Below, piece after piece: positions 1-9,266 of a stretch of DNA of 64,000 nucleotides (positions are counted from its first letter, which is position 1; each line of letters opens with the position of its first letter). The stretch spans positions 14,954-78,953 of IMG/VR virus record IMGVR_UViG_3300030102_004647; one strand, 5' to 3'. A program made the translations under genes and the position numbers. The notes beneath the pieces were generated by a model. The model saw only the letters and a program-made list of their open reading frames with translations, had not been told where the DNA came from and did no database searches. The stretch comes from a virus.

Positions 1-938
1 ATCTGCAAGTGGCGAACGATCTCGACTTGCTGTTCCCACGAACCTTTTTTTCCGACAACTTCAAATCGGTAGCCGCCGTCGATGAAGAGGATGTCGGGCC
101 GGTGTTCGAGTACAAAGTTTGTTGCGTCATCCACCGATTTAATGAGCATCTTGTCGGCAAGTAAGATGTCTCCAGATCCTTTAGTATCTCGTCTAACTTT
201 CGACTTCCAATCTGCTTCGGCTGCAACATCTAAATCTCCATCTCGAAGTTTACGGAATGGTATCTGATATTGTACCGCATCGAGTCGTCTGGCGATACGT
301 TCTGCTGACATCTCCAAAGTTATGAATCCGACACGCTTCCCCAAACTTAGTGCGTTGTTTGCACACTTAGCTAACCACCAAGTCTTGCCTGTGTTCTGCA
401 TTGCCGTGACTACATTGAACGTACCATTCACCCACCCCTGGATGCAGTTGTCTAATCCTTCCCACGGAGTCGGGACGCCTCGATATCCTCCAAAGGATTT
501 CAAAGAGTCGTAGGTGTCGATCCGGCGTTCACCGTCCTCTCGATAACTAACCACCGAACTTCTGCGGACTTGCTTTCGCTTGATCTGCATCGTGGCTTCC
601 GACACGATCTTCAAAGCTTCGTCGGGATCTCGATCTTCTAACTTCTCTGCGGCCCGCCTTAGCTGGGCCTGCATCATCTTGCCCATCGACCGCTTGCGAA
701 CCACATCACAAATGTACTTGGGATTGTCTACCTCGTCGGGCAGATCCACCATGCAGTTCTCCTCAACCGACTTCCTAGAGGGCCAGTCGCCGGTATCCTT
801 GATGTACTGCTTGATCCACTCAAAGGCTTTGCCTGCCTCCTCGAACAGATCGTCCCTGGTCAGGTGGTAGTCGGCCAGGATCCCCATGTCCTGGGCCTCG
901 ATCAGGGTGTTGATTAGTCGCAGACCTACGCTATCCAT
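1..938 (-). CDS. dnaB: Replicative DNA helicase, DnaB-like (3' end runs off the window)
   Basis: Hand-translated from the ATG at 938 (TGATG overlap with the upstream stop): MDSVGLRLIN...GVPTPWEGLD...AMQNTGKT (Walker A)...FITLEM...ILFIDG (SF4 helicase motifs). Absent from the ORF track because it is open at the edge. Confidence 0.9.
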   Translation of the reverse strand, partial: MDSVGLRLINTLIEAQDMGILADYHLTRDDLFEEAGKAFEWIKQYIKDTGDWPSRKSVEENCMVDLPDEVDNPKYICDVVRKRSMGKMMQAQLRRAAEKLEDRDPDEALKIVSEATMQIKRKQVRRSSVVSYREDGERRIDTYDSLKSFGGYRGVPTPWEGLDNCIQGWVNGTFNVVTAMQNTGKTWWLAKCANNALSLGKRVGFITLEMSAERIARRLDAVQYQIPFRKLRDGDLDVAAEADWKSKVRRDTKGSGDILLADKMLIKSVDDATNFVLEHRPDILFIDGGYRFEVVGKKGSWEQQVEIVRHLQ

Positions 939-1516
939 CAGATATTCATGTCCTTTCCGATATCCTTGCGGAAGTCGTGTCCCAGTACTTTGATCGGATA
1001 AGTGGCCTGATGTAACGCTGCTCCCATCGCGGGCCGGTTCCTCTCGATGTCCTGGGGGGTGTGGTTTGTTGTGATGATCGTACATTTCTCCTCGTCGATC
1101 CTGGCACGGACCAAGGCATCAACGGCATCCTCTGTCCACTTCATCTCTGCCCGCATGTAGTACTCGTCGATGACCAACAGGGGAGATGTCCTGGCTCGCT
1201 CGTAGCAAGTTAGCTCGTCGTCAAACATCTCCTTCTCGATCTGATACCTGGGAAGATCTCCGGCTGATATCCAGTACCCGATGACCCCCTGGGCTGCTGC
1301 CGCTTTCAGGCAAATGGATCCGATGGCAGACTTGCCGCTGCTGTACTCTCCGAACAGGAGGAGACCTGTCGGCTCCCAGACCTTGTTCACGATGTCGTCG
1401 CAGTACCGGACAATAGTGGACTTGTGACGGCAGGACTCTGGGATCCTGTCCAGTTCGGCCCGCCAGTGGCACTTTGGAATCCTGATACGCCTCAGATGTT
1501 CTTCAGTTAGTTGCAT
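938..1516 (-). CDS. DnaC/IstB-like AAA+ helicase loader
   Basis: GLLLFGEYSSGKS Walker A, LLVIDE Walker B, TIITTN; lies between initiator and helicase. Start 1516 or 1531 is more likely than 1615. Confidence 0.85.
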   Translation of the reverse strand: MQLTEEHLRRIRIPKCHWRAELDRIPESCRHKSTIVRYCDDIVNKVWEPTGLLLFGEYSSGKSAIGSICLKAAAAQGVIGYWISAGDLPRYQIEKEMFDDELTCYERARTSPLLVIDEYYMRAEMKWTEDAVDALVRARIDEEKCTIITTNHTPQDIERNRPAMGAALHQATYPIKVLGHDFRKDIGKDMNI

Positions 1517-2357
1517 CTCCCCAACCTTCATCGGGTGCCTCCTCAATGCTTTGCGAGTCGGCTCTGGTAGCCAGTCCGCTTCGGTCAACTTTTTCTGTGG
1601 GAATCCCCTTGGCAATGTAGTTGCTTAGTCGATCACAAATCGATTTTGTAGCAAACAGTTGCAGCTGGGGATAGTCCATGTCTAACTTCAAGGGTTTCTT
1701 AATGCTGTCCCAGTTCTCGAACGTCCAGGTGACAACTTCTTTAGCAGAGTCCAGATCTCCGCAGTACTTTATAAATCTATTCGCGTATACAAACTTTATC
1801 CTGCGGTCGTCAAAGGTGGGACGAGTCTTATACAATCGCTGAGTTTCATTGACTATGTGATTGACAATAGTCGTGCTGGCTTTTTCATCTGAGACCAAAC
1901 CACCTATGGTGTCATCGACTAATTTTCTTTTTGCTTTCGACGAAATCCGTACACGCTTGACCTTGCTTTGTTCCGACTTTTCCTGTGCCAATGCACGGAT
2001 CTGATCTAAGGTGCCCTGTGGTTTTTCTTTAACAGGAGGAGGCTCGGGGATGTCAGAGTACCAAGTTATCTCGATGCCGTCTTTTGTGCCCAACTGTAGT
2101 GTGTCATCCGAGGATCGAATCCACTTGAGATCGGACAGCTTCCGTAAATGGGAAGCAACAGTTAGCTCGGGGATGTTGAGCCGTTCCGCAATCGTTGCGC
2201 AAGATAGCCCGCTGCACAACGCACCGGATGCTTTAGCCATGCGAGCGGTCACTGTCTCGTTTCGGACAATGTCGCTACGCATGCAAAGGTATACACAAAT
2301 TTGCTCGGCTGTCAGAGGCAAAGGTTGAGCAAACAACTCAGCGGTGAATTTATCCAT
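1503..2357 (-). CDS. Putative replication initiator (N-terminal winged HTH)
   Basis: SCATIAERLNIPELTVASHLRKLSDLKWI wHTH; immediately upstream of the DnaC-like and DnaB genes. Confidence 0.65.
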   Translation of the reverse strand: MDKFTAELFAQPLPLTAEQICVYLCMRSDIVRNETVTARMAKASGALCSGLSCATIAERLNIPELTVASHLRKLSDLKWIRSSDDTLQLGTKDGIEITWYSDIPEPPPVKEKPQGTLDQIRALAQEKSEQSKVKRVRISSKAKRKLVDDTIGGLVSDEKASTTIVNHIVNETQRLYKTRPTFDDRRIKFVYANRFIKYCGDLDSAKEVVTWTFENWDSIKKPLKLDMDYPQLQLFATKSICDRLSNYIAKGIPTEKVDRSGLATRADSQSIEEAPDEGWGDATN

Positions 2358-2360
2358 GTG

Positions 2361-5300
2361 TTAAATCGTGGTCTCGGTGAATAGCCTTACGTTAGAGATC
2401 TGTATTCTGTTTCCGACTCCTGTAGAGATGCCGCCCGTTCTCGAAGTTTTAAATCTAATCTTGTATTTCTTTGCTTCTGCAATTACAAATGTTGAACTGA
2501 TGTTACTTCGCTGCTTCATTGTTGAAGGGGCACGGGTATCACTGTTCAAATCATTGTGCGTCCAGGTATCTACCAATCCGATGGTTAGCCCTCCAGTAGA
2601 CGAATCGACATGGAGTTCTAGGTTGTCGAAGCCGCCGGAAATCATATCGTCCCGTGCATTAAATAGCAAGCGATAAAATCCAGCTTGCAGTTTTATCTCT
2701 TGCCAAATCTCTGCGGTCCCCCCAGGATAATCACCTCGCGGACGATTGTAGCCGTAGTCGGCCTGACCATCGTCTCCTGCAAGTCTGTCTAGAACATGAC
2801 CTCGATAAGTAGAGTCAAAAGTTTGTAGGGTAATGTATCCGTCATCTATACGTGCCTCTTGCTTCTTTTGATACGGAATGTTGACACTGTATATGTTGAT
2901 TCCGTCGATAGCGTCATTGGTATCGTGATCATTGGCTGAAGTAAGTTCTCCCGTATCGTTCAGCCTCCAGGTAATGTTGTTAGCTGTCACCGTGTGAATA
3001 CACTTGTCACTATTGTTGTATCGACTAGTCGATCCCTCAACAGATACCCATTGCTTTGGTATGAATCCAGCGGCCAGGAAATCCGTAGATGTTGAATTGA
3101 TTCCATTCTCTAAGAACGTGAGATCTGTAGCGGACAGAACTCTTGCTTGTGCGGCTTCGGTAGCTTCGCTCTTCCAATTCTTGCCATCTAGCTGACGAAG
3201 TGCAGGGTTGCCAAGAATGTTAGACGAAGCCGATGTCTTGCCTAGATCTTCAAACGATTCGACGGTAATCGACATCGTTGCAGCCGGACTCTTGTCGTAG
3301 GCAATTGATATAGAGACAACACGGCCCGTCACTTCTTCGGCACTGTAGGGAGTGTTGAACCTCACAACCCTGTTCAGTCCGACCTTCGGTGAGTACATCA
3401 TGTCGATAGAATATCGACGCCTGTTCATTTTGGCTTCTTGTAATACTCGGGCCGCGATCTTCGTAGCTTGGTAACGGTGTGCAATGAACTCGTTTGTGAA
3501 CTCCTGACCTACATACCCAAACTGGTCCCGAAGGAAACTGTCATGGGCTGTTCCTTGGATCTTGGTAGGATGTTCTTGTGTTTGTAGACCCACATCTTTT
3601 TCATGACCTCCTCGTTGCCCGCTGCCGCTTCCTGGTTGAATGATGCCACCGGACTCTCGTAAAGCTTGACGGGTCTTCTGGAGTGCTTCCTCCGCAGTCA
3701 CCTGTGGCACCGCAGATTGACCTGTACCCCCGCCGCCTTTGCTGCCTCCTGCCTTTTCTGATTCTGCCGCTTTTTTCTCTTCCTCGACTTTATCTTCAAG
3801 AGCTTTCAGCTGCTCGGCCAGTTCATTCTGCTTGGACAAGATCTCGCTCATGTTCCGAATCGTCCAAGCATCTCGCCCTGTGATTACTTTTTGACGGGGA
3901 GCGGTTTCTTCCATTCTTACTCTACTGGAATCAAACCCTCCTGGTACTTTTATGTCGAACTTAATCTTGCGGATCTCGTCTTCTGCGACTTCTTCGGGAT
4001 CGTCGCAAAAGAACTTGGGAGAAGAAAAAGCAGTCGGACTGAAGTAGTTATTCGGGAACCCTGCCCCGTCTCCTTCCATTCCGTCACCTCTTGCAACTCG
4101 CGGAGAGTTAGCCTGACGACACATCGCCTTGACACGCACAGGGTCAAACTCCAAGCCTCCCTCCCGTGTGGGCAGGAATCCCGATCCGTCTGATACATAG
4201 TCAGCGTTCTCCACGCTGGGGTAGTCTGAAGCCCGCCCTCCATGGGCTTCGTTGCACAGCCATTCACTACTGTCGTATTCTCGACCATGCTCAACTTCGA
4301 TCAGCTTCTGAGCTTTCCAATGGGCATTGATAGCGTCCACGACCTCGATGACTTGGCACCATCCCGTATAGTAAACGTCCACTTGCTGTCCGATTACATC
4401 CACAAAGCATCCAGTGGTCTGGTTGTTTACATTTGCGTAGTGATTGAGAAACTCTGTTCCTCCCGATCCAGTCACCGGATCGAATGGTAAGTAGTGCAAC
4501 TGTACGCAGTTCTTCATTCCATTTGCATATCGATTGTTGCCGCCGAATCCTTCAAATCTTTCGTTGGCTTTTATTACTATGGTGCCGTTAAGCCTCCATG
4601 GTTGGTTGTACGGCTGGATCGCCATACCAGGATGAATATCATCTCGACCCTTGTACTTATGACCGACCGGCAAGTGAACAGTGTTCGCAGTATTATCTAG
4701 AACAAGTCTGTTCCCCCCAGAAGGAAACGGTAAATTATCATCATTGCATTCGACGACACTCCCATGCCCTGGGTGATCTTCCTCATCCCCAGGTTCCGCT
4801 GACACAAACTTGCTGGGATCATTCTGGTTCATGAGTTCCAACATGCAGTGATCCCAAACTCTGAGAAACGCACCAGGATCTCCTGCCGCAGCACCTTGAG
4901 AATTTCCTACCGTGCCGCAGTTTGGTGTGCAACCGTACTGATATGCATACAAAAGATTTTCATACTCAATGACTTTCCTGTCCGCGATTGCAACAGTTTT
5001 TTGAGGTATTTCTCGGACAGGGATGATCATTTTTTTGTGACCACCTCCAGCACCTGCACCTCGACCTACCGCCTCAAACGGATTGGTGTGCATGACCGGA
5101 ACACCGACAGCCTCGTCCAGATACGGACCATTTTGTAGCGTACTCATGTAAGAGAGTAAGCTGTCTCGGTCGCTGATCGTAAACTGTTCGACAGCAGAGT
5201 TACCTTTTAGGGTCACCTCTCCCACGCCTGAATCGTTTGCGTCACCCTGATCTGTGTTAGAGTCGTCTCCACTACCGCCGCAATTTTGTTCCTGCTCCGA

Positions 5301-6161
5301 GTCGGAGTTTGCACTTTGATCCGTGGCGTCTGTACTTTCTGCGGGTCCGTCTGCCTCTTCTCTATCTTTGCCCGATACCGTCACAACAGAAGGAGCGTCA
5401 CCAATAGGAATCTCTTTGCTAACTGTGCGAATCAAAGCATCAGGGATGACATAATCAACAGAACTGGTGTGATCTTTCCACGGTTCTACAACCAAGATCC
5501 CAAACTCATTTGTGAATACGTCTGCACCTGCCACCTGGGCAAGCTTCCGCACGCACTCGATGATATTATCGCCATCGATAAAGCCGACAAATTCTTCGGT
5601 AGGACATGCAGAAGTGTCCCACAAAGAAGTGTGCAATGTAGCGATGTCATCGAGAACTTGCTCGATAGCAACTTTTACTGTAGACCCTGTGGTAACAAAA
5701 TCCGTAAGATCTTTCTTTCTTAGACGAGATGTGAAGGACACGATGTCCAGTGATAGCTCGTTGCTTCTATCGTTCTCGGCCCGCCCGTGAGACTCGACCA
5801 AACCAAAGACATGTCGCCGTGCCCCACCTGCCTGAAGTTTAGCGTCTGGAATTGTAGATGGGGGAGCATTGGTGCTTGCAGTTTGCAAATCTGTACTGAC
5901 TAACGAAGTGATGCCGCCCGCATTACTAACATCAATAAGTTTGACATCAAGAAAAGCTTCGACCGGAGACCAATTGATCGCACACGCTCGTTGAAGCAAG
6001 TGGTTGTCGCTGCTAAAAATCGCAGGGATTAGAGAAGCGTCATACTGCCCCTCTTCATTAGATAAAGAAAAACTTGCAGAGTAGTCACCATCAATGGAGG
6101 CAGACACCTCCCAACTGATGATGTTGTTGTGCAAACTACTAGCGAACAACCCGTCCGACAT
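2361..6161 (-). CDS. Large tail tip / baseplate hub protein with C-terminal carbohydrate-binding-like beta-sandwich
   Basis: Downstream of the tape measure gene; hub-like N-terminus, coiled coil, C-terminal SNILGNP...IWQEIKLQAGFYRLLF...ISNVRL CBM-like pattern. Start 6161 from a TAATG overlap. Confidence 0.65.
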   Translation of the reverse strand: MSDGLFASSLHNNIISWEVSASIDGDYSASFSLSNEEGQYDASLIPAIFSSDNHLLQRACAINWSPVEAFLDVKLIDVSNAGGITSLVSTDLQTASTNAPPSTIPDAKLQAGGARRHVFGLVESHGRAENDRSNELSLDIVSFTSRLRKKDLTDFVTTGSTVKVAIEQVLDDIATLHTSLWDTSACPTEEFVGFIDGDNIIECVRKLAQVAGADVFTNEFGILVVEPWKDHTSSVDYVIPDALIRTVSKEIPIGDAPSVVTVSGKDREEADGPAESTDATDQSANSDSEQEQNCGGSGDDSNTDQGDANDSGVGEVTLKGNSAVEQFTISDRDSLLSYMSTLQNGPYLDEAVGVPVMHTNPFEAVGRGAGAGGGHKKMIIPVREIPQKTVAIADRKVIEYENLLYAYQYGCTPNCGTVGNSQGAAAGDPGAFLRVWDHCMLELMNQNDPSKFVSAEPGDEEDHPGHGSVVECNDDNLPFPSGGNRLVLDNTANTVHLPVGHKYKGRDDIHPGMAIQPYNQPWRLNGTIVIKANERFEGFGGNNRYANGMKNCVQLHYLPFDPVTGSGGTEFLNHYANVNNQTTGCFVDVIGQQVDVYYTGWCQVIEVVDAINAHWKAQKLIEVEHGREYDSSEWLCNEAHGGRASDYPSVENADYVSDGSGFLPTREGGLEFDPVRVKAMCRQANSPRVARGDGMEGDGAGFPNNYFSPTAFSSPKFFCDDPEEVAEDEIRKIKFDIKVPGGFDSSRVRMEETAPRQKVITGRDAWTIRNMSEILSKQNELAEQLKALEDKVEEEKKAAESEKAGGSKGGGGTGQSAVPQVTAEEALQKTRQALRESGGIIQPGSGSGQRGGHEKDVGLQTQEHPTKIQGTAHDSFLRDQFGYVGQEFTNEFIAHRYQATKIAARVLQEAKMNRRRYSIDMMYSPKVGLNRVVRFNTPYSAEEVTGRVVSISIAYDKSPAATMSITVESFEDLGKTSASSNILGNPALRQLDGKNWKSEATEAAQARVLSATDLTFLENGINSTSTDFLAAGFIPKQWVSVEGSTSRYNNSDKCIHTVTANNITWRLNDTGELTSANDHDTNDAIDGINIYSVNIPYQKKQEARIDDGYITLQTFDSTYRGHVLDRLAGDDGQADYGYNRPRGDYPGGTAEIWQEIKLQAGFYRLLFNARDDMISGGFDNLELHVDSSTGGLTIGLVDTWTHNDLNSDTRAPSTMKQRSNISSTFVIAEAKKYKIRFKTSRTGGISTGVGNRIQISNVRLFTETTI

Positions 6162-7921
6162 TATTGGAATCCTTCCGGTAGCGTGGTCTCGGCATTCTCT
6201 CCAAAGTTCCAAATCTCATGGGACATGTCTTTGGAAACAAGTTTCTCCTTGGCAATGTACTCAAGGTCGTGCCGTCGAACTCCCCCCAAATCCTTCAAGA
6301 GGGTCTCTATATCTCCAGGCTCATTATACTGGGTTTCTCGCTTGTACACAGTCTTATTTCGGATGATCAGCCATTCGTGATTCTGGATCTTGGTAGCCGC
6401 CGTGACTACGTCATCCCAATCCCAATATGTGAATGTGTCATTGACCACGATGATGTCCGCTTTCGGCCATGATTTGTCCACCGGCTGCTGAAGAATTAGC
6501 TGCCTAGCCTGTTCGTGGCTTCGAGCGTGAGCTTCAAGATCCGGCTCCAAGCCTTTGATATTGATGCCCCTCACCTGACAATCATTCACGAATCTGCCGT
6601 CTTGTGACCCCACCTCGAAGACGAGAGGCTGACTCTTGTCGTCAACCAGTTCCTTCAGCATCGTGATCAAGTGGTGACTTTGATAGTCGATCCAGAGTTG
6701 ATGATTGTACCCTCGCCAGTGCTTGTACCATCTATCTTTGTACGAAAGGATCCGATTCCGACCGAACAGGTCACACCATTTGTCGATGATCAGCGATGAC
6801 GAGTATCTCCCTCGGGCATGCTCCTCGTTTACATCTAGAATGCCATCCCGCTGCTCGTCGGTCAGAGTAAACAGAAAATGACAGACTCGGTTCGCCATCT
6901 CCTTCACATCAGGAACGTGATACAGCACATGTCGAGGTGCCTCGGTCATCGCGGGGGTAACCCTGCACGGACTGTCCTCGGGAAACAACTCCGGCATTGT
7001 GGTCGTATCGTTGACGACCTGGAGACACCCACTGAATGCAGCCTCGACAGTCGGGATGCCAAACCCTTCGCCCTGAGAACAAGAGACACGAATATCACAT
7101 CCTTTGTACAACTCACACAACTCTTCTCGGGTCATCGGGTTGATCCAATCAAAGTCGGTAAACACAATGGTCCCCGGCTTTAGCCCGTACACCACCTCTA
7201 GCTCGGGAATGTTGTAGCCATTGATAGGAGCGGGGGCGTCTTCTTTCTTTCGACAGTGAGCCAGTAGCTTGACTCTTTTTGTAGTTTTTTCCTGAACTCT
7301 GCGAACTAAGTCGATAGTAGCATCCCACCGCTTGTGCCAAATGTTTCGATCTACGCTCAAGATGACAATGTCGTCTTCGTAGATAACCCCTGAAAACTTC
7401 TCGGACCATCTCTTTCTGACAGCGGCCCGATCAATTGGTTCTCGATTAAAGATCTCGGGATCTACACCGTGAGGTATGACCACCGTAGTGTCTGTGTAAT
7501 TACGCCATAGATCATTCGCGTACTCGGACAGGTGAACTATTCGATTAGTTTCAACCTTAGCAAAACAATCCTTCAAATCGTTGGGAATGCTGCTGCCCTC
7601 CCACGGTAGCCAGTAGTAAGACTGTGCATTTGCAGGAGACCACTGAGAGGCTGCGGCCCGCTGCACGCCTGCGGTATGCCAGAAGTTGATCACAATGTCC
7701 GGCTGAAGTTGATGCAGAGTTCTGTCGACGACATCGACATCCATGATGTCTGGAACTCGCCACTCTGCTATTTCGTGCTGCAAGTTGTTCAACGGGTGGT
7801 TGACCGATATGCAGTTGACCTCATGCCCTCTTTTCTGGAATCCTTCCGCAAGCATCCGCACCTGCTGCCCGAACCCAGACGGGTTGTTCGGACTTTCCCC
7901 TACGATAACAATCTTGTACAT
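6161..7921 (-). CDS. GT4 (GT-B) glycosyltransferase fused to a SAM-methyltransferase-like domain
   Basis: SGFGQQ, VIPHGVD, SQGEGFGIPTVEA (GT4 signature); C-terminal VFEVGSQDG...KGLEP Rossmann-like MTase. Confidence 0.85.
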   Translation of the reverse strand: MYKIVIVGESPNNPSGFGQQVRMLAEGFQKRGHEVNCISVNHPLNNLQHEIAEWRVPDIMDVDVVDRTLHQLQPDIVINFWHTAGVQRAAASQWSPANAQSYYWLPWEGSSIPNDLKDCFAKVETNRIVHLSEYANDLWRNYTDTTVVIPHGVDPEIFNREPIDRAAVRKRWSEKFSGVIYEDDIVILSVDRNIWHKRWDATIDLVRRVQEKTTKRVKLLAHCRKKEDAPAPINGYNIPELEVVYGLKPGTIVFTDFDWINPMTREELCELYKGCDIRVSCSQGEGFGIPTVEAAFSGCLQVVNDTTTMPELFPEDSPCRVTPAMTEAPRHVLYHVPDVKEMANRVCHFLFTLTDEQRDGILDVNEEHARGRYSSSLIIDKWCDLFGRNRILSYKDRWYKHWRGYNHQLWIDYQSHHLITMLKELVDDKSQPLVFEVGSQDGRFVNDCQVRGINIKGLEPDLEAHARSHEQARQLILQQPVDKSWPKADIIVVNDTFTYWDWDDVVTAATKIQNHEWLIIRNKTVYKRETQYNEPGDIETLLKDLGGVRRHDLEYIAKEKLVSKDMSHEIWNFGENAETTLPEGFQ

Positions 7922-7922
7922 C

Positions 7923-8207
7923 TCACACTCCGTTTGCTTTCCATCTACTTCCGTCCGGGTGCTTACATCCGTACCCGGCTGTCTCCTCGTACCTTGCTAG
8001 GTTTTGGAGACCTTTTTCTTTTATCTTGCATCCACATATCCCGCACACCATCTGCTCGCCTTCCATCTCGACAAGCTCGCAAGTTGCACATATCTCCAGT
8101 CGTTTAGCCAGTCGATCCTTCGATACGTCCTCTCCCGTCAGCAGTGCGGAGGCGAAGCTCATGGTCGCCTTCATGACTGCTTTGGGATTCGTCCAATCTA
8201 TCCCCAT
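7923..8207 (-). CDS. Small Cys-rich protein (DUF6171-like)
   Basis: RLEICATCE...CGICGC...CKHP..RW pattern. Confidence 0.55.
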   Translation of the reverse strand: MGIDWTNPKAVMKATMSFASALLTGEDVSKDRLAKRLEICATCELVEMEGEQMVCGICGCKIKEKGLQNLARYEETAGYGCKHPDGSRWKANGV

Positions 8208-8216
8208 GACAGTCTC

Positions 8217-9257
8217 CTATGTTTTTATAGATCGCATTCCTTCAAACTCTTCATCCTCCTCTTCGGGAGGAGGCAAGTGATTCGTAGAAAACGAGGTCAA
8301 AGATTTATCCTCTTCAAACTGGTGAAGCAGAATCTCGTCAAATCTATCATTGATGAACCAGCTTGGGTTCATGTGTATCCCCATTCGTCCAATGTACTGC
8401 CCTCGGTTGACTACCGGGGCCAGTCGCAACCATCCTCCATTGTGCATTCCCAACATAGTGGCTGCGTCCTGTCCGGTCGCGGGAGCATTCCAAAACTTCT
8501 CCTGTGCTTCTTCCCATGCCTCACCTGGGGCAAGTGCATTCAATCTCAGAGGAAAGTCGAAAAGTTCTTTTTTTAGCCAGTCCGCAATCGGCTGATGTGG
8601 TCGAGCATTGTACTCCCATCCCAACCATTTTCGTTCGTATCTGTACAAACCTTCTCGCATGGACGCCCAACAAGATCTGTGCATCAGGTAGCCCCACCAG
8701 TTCGTCATAGTCGGCAAAACTTCGGACAGCCTTTCTTTTTTTTGGGCTTCGGTCAGGAAGCATTTGTTCCAGCCTTGCACAACTCCGATGTTCGACCATT
8801 TAGACTGTGCCCACTCCATCATGTTCATACACAGTTGCAGATAGTTGTCACTGAGAAGCATGTCGTCTTCAATGATGAAAACTTTCTCATACTCCAGGTG
8901 ATCGAACAGCTGCCTCCGTGCATCGATTATGTTCCGACCACATCCAAAGTTTACCTTGCGACATATCACATGGGCATCAGGGAAGTGCGTCAGTGTTTCC
9001 GCAACCATCGCCTCCTGATCCTCGTCCGGCGTGGTGGAATAAGGGGGGTAGTCTAAAAACGCATAGACAGGCAGCTGATGGGCTAGCTTATTTTTTGCAA
9101 GAGTTCTCAGGGTTCTCTTGTAGTAGGTTAGCCTGTCAGCCCCGATGACAGCGATGGCAGTGCATACGTCTGCACGCTTCTCACAGAAATGACTGATGTC
9201 TATTTCGTATTGTGACCAATCGCATTGTGGGGGAGTGAGATCATCATATCCGTACAT
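8217..9257 (-). CDS. GT-A glycosyltransferase (GnT-I/GT13-like)
   Basis: NFGCGRNII, VFIIEDDML (DxD-like), WWGY..W, R..YIGRMG.H. Confidence 0.75.
   Translation of the reverse strand: MYGYDDLTPPQCDWSQYEIDISHFCEKRADVCTAIAVIGADRLTYYKRTLRTLAKNKLAHQLPVYAFLDYPPYSTTPDEDQEAMVAETLTHFPDAHVICRKVNFGCGRNIIDARRQLFDHLEYEKVFIIEDDMLLSDNYLQLCMNMMEWAQSKWSNIGVVQGWNKCFLTEAQKKERLSEVLPTMTNWWGYLMHRSCWASMREGLYRYERKWLGWEYNARPHQPIADWLKKELFDFPLRLNALAPGEAWEEAQEKFWNAPATGQDAATMLGMHNGGWLRLAPVVNRGQYIGRMGIHMNPSWFINDRFDEILLHQFEEDKSLTSFSTNHLPPPEEEDEEFEGMRSIKT
9160..9175. repeat. 16-bp palindrome (inside a CDS)
   Basis: GTGCATACGTCTGCAC. Confidence 0.75.
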
Positions 9258-9266
9258 ATCCGTTTC

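Noticed and set aside
1503-2357. Lambda O-type iterons within the initiator gene
   Set aside because: No convincing direct repeats were seen.
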